The notes below the pieces were generated by a model, which saw nothing but the letters and a program-made list of their open reading frames with translations, did not search any database and was not told the DNA's origin. 64,000 nt of DNA from Acidimicrobiales bacterium (GTDB taxonomy: Bacteria > Actinomycetota > Acidimicrobiia > Acidimicrobiales > Aldehydirespiratoraceae). The position numbers and the translations under genes are program-made. Numbering within the stretch: the stretch's first letter is position 1; every line of letters begins with the position of its first letter. The stretch spans positions 31,540-95,539 of the forward strand of contig JAJCXX010000025.1 in NCBI GenBank assembly GCA_029263195.1, in the 5' to 3' direction. This document shows, one piece after another, positions 39,523 to 49,176 of the stretch.

Positions 39523-40506
39523 TTGTTCGCGTATGCCGCTCGCCGAATACTGGCCACCATTCCACTTCTGATAGTGGCGACGCTCGGTCTGTTCGCGTTG
39601 GAGTCGTCGGTTCGTGACCCGGTAGCCGAACTTCGGGTCTCGTGCCCGAGGTGCGACCAAGTCGCTTTCGATCGGCTCATCGATCTCTACGATCTCGACA
39701 AGCCGGTGCTCGATCTGAGCAACCCGGCCGAGAGTCGCTACGTCGCCTGGCTCGGAAATGTGATCACCGGAGATTTCGGTTCCTCGACCTCCCAAGGGGA
39801 GAACCCGGTGAGCGACACCGTGTTCACCCGAGCCAAGAACACCATGATTCTGGCAATACCTGCGTTCTTCGTGATCGCGTCCTTGGCGACGTTCCTGGGG
39901 GTGTTTTCCGCGGTTCGCCAATACTCCAAGACCGACTACGCCATCACCGGTCTGTCGTTTCTCGGCATTGCCATGCCCACGTTTTTCTTCGGGCTGTTCC
40001 TTCAAGTTTTCTGGGGGATCTGGTTCCACGACTGGTTCGGCATGCGTCCCTTCTTCACCTCACAGATGCACGACGACTCCTTTGTCGACCTTCTGAAGTC
40101 GATTACGTTGCCCATCGTCACCCTCACACTTGTTGTCGTGGCTACAGAGAGCCGGTTCATCAGGGCTTCGATGCTCGAGGTCGTGCACTCCGACTACATT
40201 CGCACCGCCCGCGCCAAGGGGTTGTCGGAGAGGAAGGTCATCTTCAAACATGCCCTTCGAAACGCCATGATCCCGGTGGTGACCATTTGGGCACTCGATT
40301 TCTCGGCTCTTCTCGGAGGTTCGGTGGTCACCGAGTCGATCTTCTCGTGGCCCGGCCTCGGGCCACTTCTTCTCACAGCGATCTTCGCAGCCGACGTCAA
40401 TATGGTGATGGCGATTATTCTGTTGATTTCAGTACTGGCCATCGGCTTCAACCTGATTGCTGATCTTCTCTACGGGGTGCTCGATCCCAGGATCAGGATC
40501 AGCTGA
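39523..40506 (+). CDS. ABC transporter permease (DppB/OppB type)
   Basis: N-terminus FAYAARRILATIPLLIV and the EAA-like loop in SDYIRTARAKGL. TTG 39523 has GGGAG 5 nt upstream. The ORF track start at 39496 lies inside the terminator tail. Confidence 0.85.
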   Translation: MFAYAARRILATIPLLIVATLGLFALESSVRDPVAELRVSCPRCDQVAFDRLIDLYDLDKPVLDLSNPAESRYVAWLGNVITGDFGSSTSQGENPVSDTVFTRAKNTMILAIPAFFVIASLATFLGVFSAVRQYSKTDYAITGLSFLGIAMPTFFFGLFLQVFWGIWFHDWFGMRPFFTSQMHDDSFVDLLKSITLPIVTLTLVVVATESRFIRASMLEVVHSDYIRTARAKGLSERKVIFKHALRNAMIPVVTIWALDFSALLGGSVVTESIFSWPGLGPLLLTAIFAADVNMVMAIILLISVLAIGFNLIADLLYGVLDPRIRIS

Positions 40507-41414
40507 TGCCCAATACCGCCATCGATCTTCATCAACTCGAGGCCGAAGGGCTCTCGATCAAGCCCAAGAGCTTCGGCCGACAGACTTGGGAGCGCTTCCG
40601 CCGCCATCGGTTGGCCATGATCGCGTTCGTGATTCTGGTGTTGCTCATCAGCTCGTTCTGGATTGTGCCGATTCTCTCGCCCTATGGCGTCCGGGAGATA
40701 AACATTCAGGACGCGGCCCAGGGCGTCTCTTGGAAGCATCCGTTTGGGACTGATCCCCTTGGCCGTGACCTGATGACCCGCACCATGGAAGGCGCCCAGG
40801 TCTCGATTTACATCGCCGCGGTTGTGGCTCTGATCTCGACGGCGATCGGCACATTTCTCGGCGCGCTCGCGGGCTACTTCGGCAAGTGGGTTGACGCCCT
40901 CGTCAACCAGATGATCAACCTGATACTGGTCGTGCCAGCTCTAGTGGTGTTGCTGGTTGTGGGCATCAAGTTCGGCGGCTCGGTCAACCAGGTGGCGTTT
41001 CTTGTGGCCCTGATCTCGTGGATCACAATCGCCAGGATCGTGCGAGGGCTGTTCTTCCAACTCAAAGAGGCCGATTTCGTGCAGGCGGCAAGAGCTGCTG
41101 GGGCCGGACCAGGTCGAATCATCTTCCGGCACATCCTTCCCAATGCCATGGGTCCGGTGCTGGTGCAGATCACGTTGGTCAGTGGCGCTGCCATCATTCT
41201 CGAGTCAACCCTTTCCTTTCTGGGGCTTGGGGTCACGCCGCCCGACACGTCGTTGGGCACGCTGATCGCGGAGTCGAAAGGATTCATCGATGTCACTCCG
41301 TCGAGAGTGTTGATACCCGGTTCGATACTCACCCTTCTGGTGTTGTGCCTGAACTTTCTCGGCGACGGTCTTCGCGACGCTCTCGACCCTGCAACCAGAA
41401 AGACTCGACAATGA
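40506..41414 (+). CDS. ABC transporter permease (DppC/OppC type)
   Basis: Six TM segments with FVQAARAAGAGPGRIIFRHILPN. The start overlaps the upstream stop by 1 nt. Confidence 0.88.
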   Translation: MPNTAIDLHQLEAEGLSIKPKSFGRQTWERFRRHRLAMIAFVILVLLISSFWIVPILSPYGVREINIQDAAQGVSWKHPFGTDPLGRDLMTRTMEGAQVSIYIAAVVALISTAIGTFLGALAGYFGKWVDALVNQMINLILVVPALVVLLVVGIKFGGSVNQVAFLVALISWITIARIVRGLFFQLKEADFVQAARAAGAGPGRIIFRHILPNAMGPVLVQITLVSGAAIILESTLSFLGLGVTPPDTSLGTLIAESKGFIDVTPSRVLIPGSILTLLVLCLNFLGDGLRDALDPATRKTRQ

Positions 41415-42418
41415 CCGAGCCGGTCATCAGTTTCGATGATCTCAGCGTGTCGTTCCCGACCGACGACGGCATGGTTCGTGCTGTTCGCAACGTGTCGTTC
41501 GATGTCGAGCCGGGGGAGGTCATGGCCGTGGTCGGGGAGTCCGGCTCTGGCAAGTCGGTGACGGCCCTCGCCGCCATGCGACTCCATCCCGGATCGGCCG
41601 AGATCACCGGAGAGATTCGTTTCGGGGGACGCGACCTTCTTGGTATTGGCGAAAAAGAGATGCGTCGAGTCCGCGGCAACGGCATCGCCATGATATTTCA
41701 GGACCCAATGACCGCGCTGAATCCGGTCATGAAGGTCGGAGCGCAGATCGCTGAGATGGTGCTCATCCACGATGACGTCTCCAAGAAGGAAGCTTGGACC
41801 AGAGCAGCCGACCTTCTCGAGTCGGTGGGTGTGCCCGAGCCGGGCCGTCGGGTGAAGCAGTACCCCCACGAGTTTTCCGGCGGGATGCGGCAGCGGGCCA
41901 TGATCGCCATGGCAATCGCCAACGGTCCAGATCTGCTCATCGCCGACGAACCCACGACTGCCCTCGACGTGACCATCCAAGCGCAGGTGCTCGAAGTCAT
42001 GAAGACCGCCCAAGAGGCCACCGGGGCCGCGATACTCCTGATAACCCACGATCTCGGTGTGGTGGCCGGAATAGCAGATCGCGTGGTGGTGATGTACGGC
42101 GGGAGGGTCTTCGAGTCCGGAAGCGCCGACCAGGTTTTCTACCGGAGCCAGAACCCCTACACGCGCGGTCTGATGAGCTCGATCCCGAGGCTCGACGCGC
42201 CCAAGGGCGAGCGCCTCATTCCCATTCCGGGTACCCCTCCAAATGTGCTCAACCCCCCATCGGGGTGTGCGTTCGGCCCCCGGTGTACCTTCGCCTCGGA
42301 TAGCTGCCACGAATCCCATGCCGAGTTGATGTCGGTTGGCTTCGACGGCACCCACCGAAGCCGGTGTCACAAGCTCGCCGAGCTTCCCGATCTGTTTGCG
42401 GCGGCCGAGACACGATGA
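41411..42418 (+). CDS. ABC transporter ATP-binding protein (DppD/OppD type)
   Basis: Walker [10 protein letters not shown], signature FSGGMRQR and Walker [17 protein letters not shown] overlap. Confidence 0.9.
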   Translation: MTEPVISFDDLSVSFPTDDGMVRAVRNVSFDVEPGEVMAVVGESGSGKSVTALAAMRLHPGSAEITGEIRFGGRDLLGIGEKEMRRVRGNGIAMIFQDPMTALNPVMKVGAQIAEMVLIHDDVSKKEAWTRAADLLESVGVPEPGRRVKQYPHEFSGGMRQRAMIAMAIANGPDLLIADEPTTALDVTIQAQVLEVMKTAQEATGAAILLITHDLGVVAGIADRVVVMYGGRVFESGSADQVFYRSQNPYTRGLMSSIPRLDAPKGERLIPIPGTPPNVLNPPSGCAFGPRCTFASDSCHESHAELMSVGFDGTHRSRCHKLAELPDLFAAAETR

Positions 42419-43461
42419 CCAACGACCCGACTACTCTCCCCGCCCATGGTGATCCCGTTCTCCGGGTCGAGAACTTGGTGAAGGACTTCCCGATCCAGGC
42501 CGGATTCTTCCGCCGCCAGGTCGGACTGGTCCAGGCAGTGTCGGGAGTCAGCCTCGAGATCCACGAGCACGAGACCCTCGGCGTCGTTGGCGAATCTGGA
42601 TGTGGCAAGACGACGCTGGGTCGTACCATTCTCCGGCTTCTCGACGCCACATCCGGATCCGTCACCTACAAGGGTGAGTCGGTCACTGGTGCATCCAATT
42701 CGCGTATGCGCGAACTTCGTCGCCATATGCAGATCGTGTTTCAGGACCCGTTCGCGTCGCTCAACCCGCGGATGCCGGTTCGCGAAATAATCGCTGAGCC
42801 TCTCCGCATACACGGTGAATCGCGGGCTGCGGCTTCGGCTCGCGCCAACGAACTCATTGATGCAGTCGGACTCTTGAGCGACTACGGAAATCGCTACCCC
42901 CACGAGTTCTCGGGCGGGCAGCGACAACGCATCGGTATCGCGAGAGCGCTAGCGCTGCAGCCGACCTTGATCATTCTCGATGAGCCGGTGTCGGCGCTCG
43001 ACGTGAGCGTGCAGGCCCAGGTGGTCAATTTGCTCGAGGACCTCCAGAACGAGTTCAAGCTCAGCTACATGTTCATCGCCCACGACCTGTCGGTGGTGCG
43101 CCACATCAGCGACCGCGTTGCGGTGATGTACCTGGGAAAGGTGGTGGAGGTCGCCGACCGCGACTCGATCTACGACCGGCCCTCCCACCCCTACACCCAG
43201 AGCCTTCTATCGGCGGTGCCGGTGGCCGACCCCCACGCCGAGCGCAACCGGAGACGGATCGTTCTCGAGGGTGATCTTCCGAGTCCAGCGGCGGTGCCTT
43301 CGGGGTGCCGATTCCGTACCCGGTGCCCGATCGCAACCGAGCGTTGCTCCGTCGAGGAGCCGGAGATCCGGCTGATGGCTGAAGGTCACGAGGTGGCTTG
43401 TCATTTCCCGCTGTCACCCGGCGAGAGCCTCATCGAGGTAGCCGCGGCGCGTGGCCGATAG
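42415..43461 (+). CDS. ABC transporter ATP-binding protein (DppF/OppF type)
   Basis: Walker [10 protein letters not shown], signature FSGGQRQR and [16 protein letters not shown] overlap. Confidence 0.9.
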   Translation: MTNDPTTLPAHGDPVLRVENLVKDFPIQAGFFRRQVGLVQAVSGVSLEIHEHETLGVVGESGCGKTTLGRTILRLLDATSGSVTYKGESVTGASNSRMRELRRHMQIVFQDPFASLNPRMPVREIIAEPLRIHGESRAAASARANELIDAVGLLSDYGNRYPHEFSGGQRQRIGIARALALQPTLIILDEPVSALDVSVQAQVVNLLEDLQNEFKLSYMFIAHDLSVVRHISDRVAVMYLGKVVEVADRDSIYDRPSHPYTQSLLSAVPVADPHAERNRRRIVLEGDLPSPAAVPSGCRFRTRCPIATERCSVEEPEIRLMAEGHEVACHFPLSPGESLIEVAAARGR

Positions 43462-43948
43462 CAATCGAGCCAACCGTCCCGAGCCGGATTCGGTTCGTCT
43501 CTACAGCTCCAGGCGGTCGTGGGCCTTCGCTCTGCTTGGATCTCTGTTGTTGATCGCCGGTCCTCTGGCTGTGGCGGTGTCACGGCCGCTCGGTGCACCT
43601 GGAATCGCGGCGTTGGTGGTGGGAGTGATCGCCACCATCGCACTGCTGTTCGATCAGCCCACCGTCTCCATCGTGCGGGTCGACGGAATCGAGAGACGTT
43701 GCCCCCTGTCGAAGAGGCACCTCGGGTGGGAGCAGATCGAGTCGCTTGATCGACTGCGTCGGTCCGGAGGAGTAGTGGCGAAGGTGGGGCGTCGGCGCAT
43801 GGTGTTGTGTGACCGAAGGGAAGGTCACCTCGAACATCTACAGCTCATCGAGCTCGTCGAGACCAATGGTCCTGAGGTGATTGTGAGGCTTCCGGAGCCC
43901 GATATCGACAGTCGACCGACCAACATCTACCGCCGCAAGGATCGCTGA
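43451..43948 (+). CDS. hypothetical membrane protein (two TM segments plus small soluble domain)
   Basis: [20 protein letters not shown] and [16 protein letters not shown] hydrophobic segments. No motif recognised. Confidence 0.5.
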   Translation: MADSNRANRPEPDSVRLYSSRRSWAFALLGSLLLIAGPLAVAVSRPLGAPGIAALVVGVIATIALLFDQPTVSIVRVDGIERRCPLSKRHLGWEQIESLDRLRRSGGVVAKVGRRRMVLCDRREGHLEHLQLIELVETNGPEVIVRLPEPDIDSRPTNIYRRKDR

Positions 43949-44019
43949 GACCAAAAGCCGCGGAAGTTGCCTCGTGGTGTTCGCGCGGCCGTTGGTGCGG
44001 ACGGCTAGGTTCCGTCCAC

Positions 44020-46836
44020 GTGGTGCTGCGCATCGAGGTCACATCGATAGACGATCCCGAAGGGCCGCGAGTCTCGGAGATGGCTCGATCCCTCGGAGTT
44101 CTCGGAGTCACCGGGTGCACGGTGAGTCGCGTTCACAATATTCGTGGGCAACTCTCCGATGCTCAGGTAGAGCTACTGTGCCGTGATCTCCTCGTCGATC
44201 CGGTTGTCGACACTCACACCATCGGCGTATCCAGCCCATCGGGCCGAGTGGTCGAGGTTGCGGTACAGCCCGGAGTCACCGACCTGGAGGCTCGCGAGCT
44301 CGAGAGAGCCGCGGCCGAACTGGGCCTCCCCACTATCGAGGTGGCGATGGCTCGTCGCTACGACCTGCTCGGCGAGGTATCAGACGATGACTTCGAAACC
44401 CTGATCGGGCGGGCCCTCGTCAACTCGACGGTCGAGCATTGGTCGCCCGATCAACTCGAGCCGGAATTCTCGGTTGCGGCTGCGGCCGACGTGCGGGTCA
44501 CGACGATCCAACTGTCGACTCTCGACGACGGCGAGTTGCTGGACCTGAGTCGACACATGTTGTTGTCACTCGATCTCGAGGAGATGCGTGCCATTCGGGC
44601 CCACTTCGAATCTGAGGGTCGTCGACCCACCGACGCCGAACTCGAGACCCTGGCGCAGACCTGGTCCGAGCACTGTGTTCACAAGACGTTCCGTGCCGAG
44701 ATAGCGCTCGCGCACCATCATCACGACGGTTCGGTGACGTCGACCGTTCACGACGGTCTGCTCAACGCACTGCGCCGGGTCACCGAAGCCCTCGATCCGT
44801 GGTGGCTGCGTTCGGCGTTCGTCGACGACGCCGGCATCGTGGCCTTCGACGACCACGACGACCTGGCGTTCAAGGTGGAGACGCACAACCATCCTTCGGC
44901 TCTCGAACCGTTTGGCGGGGCCAACACCGGAGTCGGCGGGGTCGTGCGCGACGTGATCGGTGTGTCGGCTCGGCCCATTGCCTGCACCGACGTGCTGTGC
45001 TTCGGCCCGATCGATCTGTCCGATGCCGATCTGCCCGAAGGGGTGCTTCATCCCCGGCGCATACGTGATGGAGTGGTCGCCGGCATTGGCGACTACGGCA
45101 ACAAACTGGGCCTACCCACGGTCAACGGTGCTGTCATCTACTCCGAGGGCTATGTCGGGAATCCTCTGGTGTATTGCGGGTCCCTGGGGTTGCTGCCCCA
45201 GGGATCGCATCCGACCGAAGCCAAGCTCGACGATCGGATCATCTCGATTGGTGGCAAGGTCGGCCGCGACGGAATCCACGGAGCCACCTTTTCGTCGGCT
45301 TCGATGGATGCGTCCACCGGCGACACGGTGGGTTCAGCGGTGCAAATAGGCGATCCGATCACCGAAAAGGGCTGTATCGAGGTGGTCGAACGGGCTCGCG
45401 ACGCCGGGCTGTACAACGCCATCACCGACTGTGGTGCCGGCGGCTTCTCATCGTCGGTGGGCGAGATGGGGGAGGACCTCGGCGTCGAGGTCGACCTTTC
45501 GACCGTGCCGCTGAAGTATCCGGGACTGCAACCCTGGGAGATCTGGCTGTCGGAAGCTCAAGAACGAATCGTGCTGGCCGTGCCACCCGATCGAGTGGCC
45601 GAGATGCAGTTGCTTTGCAGCCAGTGGGATGTGGAGATGACCGACCTCGGTCGATTCACCGGCACACAACGCCTGGTGGTGCGCCACGGGTCAACTGCCG
45701 TGGTCGACCTGCCGATGGCGTTCCTGCACGACGGACTGCCAAGGCGTCACATGTCGGCAGTGTGGACCGACCCGACGCCGGCCGAGTGCGCCCTTCCTGA
45801 GTTCCAGGCCGATCACGTGCTGCGATTGCTGGCCCACCCCGACGTCGCCTCCAACGAGGACATCGTACGGACCTACGACCATGAGGTCCGGGGCGGCACT
45901 GTGGTTCGGCCCTTCGTCGGCCCGGAAGCCGATGGCCCCTCCGATGCTGCGGTACTCAAACCTCTCGGCACGTCGCGCAACTCTCTCGCTGCTGTGCTGT
46001 CCAACGGGATCTGTCCACGAATTGGACGGCTCGATCCCTGGGCGATGGCGATGATGGCCATCGATGAAGCCGTGCGAAACCTCGTGGCGGTCGGAGGTGA
46101 CCCCGACCGTGTCGCTCTGCTCGACAACTTCTGCTGGGGTGACCCCACCAAACCCGACCGGCTGGGTGGGCTGGTCCGGGCCGTGCAGGGTTGCGTCGAC
46201 GGAGCCGAGCTCTACGCGATGCCCTTCATCTCCGGCAAGGACAGTCTCTTCAACGAGTTTGACGGCGAACCGATTCCGGGGACCTTGCTCATCTCGGCTC
46301 TCGGTCTCGTGCCCGACATAGCCCACGCGATCGATTCCGCCGGGTCGGCGGTCGAAGACGACGTCTGGATGGTCGGCACGCAGAGCAATCATCTCGGCGG
46401 TTCGCTGATCGCTGAGATTCTGGAGCTCCCCACCACACAACTTCCGCCCATGGTCACCGATCCGCTGTCGCGGTATCGGGCCGTGCACGCGGCCATCGCC
46501 GGCGGCCTGATCACGTCGGCCCACGACTGCAGCGAAGGCGGACTGTGTGTGGCCGCAAGTGAAGTGGCGGTCGCGTCCCGGCACGGCATCAACATCACGG
46601 TGCCATCCGGCTCGAGTCAACCTCTGGTTGTCTTCGCCAACGAAGCACCCGGACGCATCCTCCTCACCTCGCGTCTCGCTGACCGGGCGGCCGTCGAGGT
46701 GGCCCTGGGGGAGCACGCCAGCCTCATGGGCAAGGTCACCGACGAGCCACTGATTAGTTTGTCGGCCGGAGAGACCACGATCGAGATTTCGGTGGAAGCC
46801 GCGGTATCGGCCTTCAGGGATCGGATCGTCGCATGA
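44020..46836 (+). CDS. purL: phosphoribosylformylglycinamidine synthase PurL with N-terminal tandem PurS-like domains
   Basis: 938 aa. WSEHCVHKTF lies at about residue 216, followed by two AIR-synthase-like repeats. Residues 1-145 form two PurS-like units that end in LLVDPVVDTHTI and ALVNSTVEHW. Confidence 0.9.
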   Translation: MVLRIEVTSIDDPEGPRVSEMARSLGVLGVTGCTVSRVHNIRGQLSDAQVELLCRDLLVDPVVDTHTIGVSSPSGRVVEVAVQPGVTDLEARELERAAAELGLPTIEVAMARRYDLLGEVSDDDFETLIGRALVNSTVEHWSPDQLEPEFSVAAAADVRVTTIQLSTLDDGELLDLSRHMLLSLDLEEMRAIRAHFESEGRRPTDAELETLAQTWSEHCVHKTFRAEIALAHHHHDGSVTSTVHDGLLNALRRVTEALDPWWLRSAFVDDAGIVAFDDHDDLAFKVETHNHPSALEPFGGANTGVGGVVRDVIGVSARPIACTDVLCFGPIDLSDADLPEGVLHPRRIRDGVVAGIGDYGNKLGLPTVNGAVIYSEGYVGNPLVYCGSLGLLPQGSHPTEAKLDDRIISIGGKVGRDGIHGATFSSASMDASTGDTVGSAVQIGDPITEKGCIEVVERARDAGLYNAITDCGAGGFSSSVGEMGEDLGVEVDLSTVPLKYPGLQPWEIWLSEAQERIVLAVPPDRVAEMQLLCSQWDVEMTDLGRFTGTQRLVVRHGSTAVVDLPMAFLHDGLPRRHMSAVWTDPTPAECALPEFQADHVLRLLAHPDVASNEDIVRTYDHEVRGGTVVRPFVGPEADGPSDAAVLKPLGTSRNSLAAVLSNGICPRIGRLDPWAMAMMAIDEAVRNLVAVGGDPDRVALLDNFCWGDPTKPDRLGGLVRAVQGCVDGAELYAMPFISGKDSLFNEFDGEPIPGTLLISALGLVPDIAHAIDSAGSAVEDDVWMVGTQSNHLGGSLIAEILELPTTQLPPMVTDPLSRYRAVHAAIAGGLITSAHDCSEGGLCVAASEVAVASRHGINITVPSGSSQPLVVFANEAPGRILLTSRLADRAAVEVALGEHASLMGKVTDEPLISLSAGETTIEISVEAAVSAFRDRIVA

Positions 46837-47624
46837 CGAAGCCACCGATCCTGATTCCTCATGCCTCGGGCACCAACCGCGATCAGGAGGCCGCCCAGGC
46901 GATCGAAATCGCCGGCGGCGATCCCCGAGTCGTACACGTCAACCGGTTGCTCAGCGGCGAGGTCTCCTTCGGTGACCATGCCGCAATCCTCATCCCGGGA
47001 GGGTTCAGCTACGGCGACTCTCTCGGTGCCGGTGGTCGCCTGGCCCTCGAACTCCGGACTTGGTTCGCCGATGAACTGGATGCCGCGGTGAGGGCCGGAC
47101 GGCCGATCCTGGGGATCTGCAACGGCTTCCAGGCACTGGTGAAGGCCGGCTTGCTGGCCGGACCACAACGAACCGGCGGGCGCACCGTCACGCTCACCCA
47201 CAATTCGAACGGTCGGTTTGAATGTCGATGGGTCACCCTCGGGATCGAACCGGGATGTCGGAGCAGTTGGCTTGCATCGCTGTCCGAAGTCGTTTTTCGT
47301 TGCCCCGTCGCCCACGGCGAGGGACGCATGGCGGTGGCTGATCCCGAGGTCCTCGAATCGATGGACGATGGCGGACTGGTCGCGTTTCGCTACCTCGATT
47401 CGGGAGCGACCCCGCTGGCACCAACCGGTCGAGCGGGCGGCACGTATCCGGCCAACCCGAACGGCTCCGTTGCCGACATCGCCGGCATGTGCGACGCCAC
47501 TGGCGCCGTCGTCGGTCTCATGCCCCACCCCGAGGATCACATCTTCGACTGGCAGCGACCCTCGGGCCCGCCGGGGGGCTCGGGATTACCATTGTTCGAA
47601 GCATTCGTGGAGGCCGCGAGATGA
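46833..47624 (+). CDS. purQ: phosphoribosylformylglycinamidine synthase glutaminase subunit PurQ
   Basis: Class I amidotransferase with GICNGFQAL (catalytic Cys) and MPHPE. ATGA overlap. Confidence 0.9.
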   Translation: MTKPPILIPHASGTNRDQEAAQAIEIAGGDPRVVHVNRLLSGEVSFGDHAAILIPGGFSYGDSLGAGGRLALELRTWFADELDAAVRAGRPILGICNGFQALVKAGLLAGPQRTGGRTVTLTHNSNGRFECRWVTLGIEPGCRSSWLASLSEVVFRCPVAHGEGRMAVADPEVLESMDDGGLVAFRYLDSGATPLAPTGRAGGTYPANPNGSVADIAGMCDATGAVVGLMPHPEDHIFDWQRPSGPPGGSGLPLFEAFVEAAR

Positions 47625-48589
47625 CCATTGACCTCAGTCCAGCCATCGAGAGTCCCTTCGAAGGCCTCGACCCCGATGCGATCGCCGACCTCGGTCCGAC
47701 AACCCGAGGCAAGGTCCGCGACATCGTCGACCTGGGCGACACCCTGGCGCTGGTTGCCACCGACCGGATCTCTGCCTTCGATCAGGTCCTCGGCACGGTG
47801 CCCTATCGAGGACAGGTTCTCAATCAGTTGGCGGCTTGGTGGTTCGAGCAGATCGCCGACATCGTCGACAATCACGTTGTGTCGGTGCCTGACCCCAATG
47901 TCACGATCGGGCGGAAGTGCACGCCATTGCCGGTGGAGGTGATTGTTCGGGCCCGCCTCACGGGATCGACCAACACAGCCCTGTGGACCCGATACAACGC
48001 TGGTGAGCGCACCATCTACGGATTGGACTTTCCCAACGGAATGTCGAAGAACGATCCCTTGCCCGCAGCGATCATCACTCCCACCACCAAGGCCGAACAA
48101 GGGGAGCACGACCTCCCGATCACCGAGGTGGAGATCGTGGAGAGTGGCTTGGTGGAGACCGGCCTGTGGCAGGAGGTCAGGACGGCTGCGCTCGCCGTCT
48201 TCGAACGCGGCCGCCATCTCGCGGCGCGGTCCGGGCTGGTCCTCGTCGACACAAAGTACGAGTTCGGACTCGATGCCGAGGGCGCGTTGGTGATCATCGA
48301 TGAGGTGCACACCCCCGATTCCTCGAGGTTCTGGCGGGCATCCACCGCCGAGGATCTGATCGCACGAGGAAGTGAGCCGGAGAATCTCGACAAGGAGGTT
48401 GTCCGGCTGTCCTACGCCGCCGCCGGATACACCGGCGACGGTCCGCCGCCACCGCTTTCATCATCTTTGGCTCGGCAAGTTTCGGCCGTCTACACCGAGA
48501 GCATCGAAATGCTCACCGGAGTCGCCTTCGAGCCCGCCGAGTATCCGGCCGGACCGAGAGTAGAGGAGGCAATCCGTCGTGCCGTCTGA
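47621..48589 (+). CDS. purC: phosphoribosylaminoimidazole-succinocarboxamide synthase PurC (long form)
   Basis: GKVRDI...LVATDRISAFD and LVDTKYEFG motifs. ATGA overlap with purQ. Confidence 0.9.
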   Translation: MTIDLSPAIESPFEGLDPDAIADLGPTTRGKVRDIVDLGDTLALVATDRISAFDQVLGTVPYRGQVLNQLAAWWFEQIADIVDNHVVSVPDPNVTIGRKCTPLPVEVIVRARLTGSTNTALWTRYNAGERTIYGLDFPNGMSKNDPLPAAIITPTTKAEQGEHDLPITEVEIVESGLVETGLWQEVRTAALAVFERGRHLAARSGLVLVDTKYEFGLDAEGALVIIDEVHTPDSSRFWRASTAEDLIARGSEPENLDKEVVRLSYAAAGYTGDGPPPPLSSSLARQVSAVYTESIEMLTGVAFEPAEYPAGPRVEEAIRRAV

Positions 48590-48678
48590 ATCGGAAGGGA
48601 GTCAACCGTGGGTGTCCCGCAACGATCGGCACCAACGCGCGAGGATTCTGTTGCACCGGTTCACAAGGGGGAGGCAAC

Positions 48679-49176
48679 GTGATGTGGAGTGACCAGCCGC
48701 TGGTCGGGATCGTCATGGGCAGCGACTCCGACTGGCCCACGATGCGTCGGGCCTCCGACATTCTCACGGAGTTCGGAGTTGCCCACGAGTCGCGTGTGGC
48801 GTCAGCACACCGCACGCCCGATCTCATCGTCGAATACGCGAGTAGTGCCGAGGCAAGAGGTCTTCGTGCGATCATCGCCGGGGCCGGAGGTGCTGCGCAT
48901 CTTGCGGGCGTGGTCGCGGCCTACACGATCGTGCCGGTGATCGGGGTGCCGATCCAAAGCCGCGCCCTCAACGGGATCGATTCTCTGCTCTCGATCGTGC
49001 AGATGCCGGGCGGAGTCCCGGTCGCCACGATGGCGATCGGTGATGCCGGGGCCACCAACGCCGGACTGTTCGCGGCGGCACTGCTCGCTGGTACCGATCC
49101 GGAGATCGCGGTATCGCTGCACGACTACCGGAAACGGCGGGCCGACAAGGTACGCGAGATCGAACTCGAACGATGA
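48679..49176 (+). CDS. purE: 5-(carboxyamino)imidazole ribonucleotide mutase PurE
   Basis: VGIVMGSDSDWPTM, SAHRTPD and GAGGAAHLAG. GGGGGAGG Shine-Dalgarno upstream. Confidence 0.92.
   Translation: MMWSDQPLVGIVMGSDSDWPTMRRASDILTEFGVAHESRVASAHRTPDLIVEYASSAEARGLRAIIAGAGGAAHLAGVVAAYTIVPVIGVPIQSRALNGIDSLLSIVQMPGGVPVATMAIGDAGATNAGLFAAALLAGTDPEIAVSLHDYRKRRADKVREIELER

Noticed and set aside
40874-42370. 498-aa minus-strand ORF antisense to the ABC permease and ATPase genes
   Set aside because: Shadow ORF. The plus strand carries Walker A/B and ABC signature motifs and permease TM segments. The antisense product is low-complexity and R/G/H-rich.
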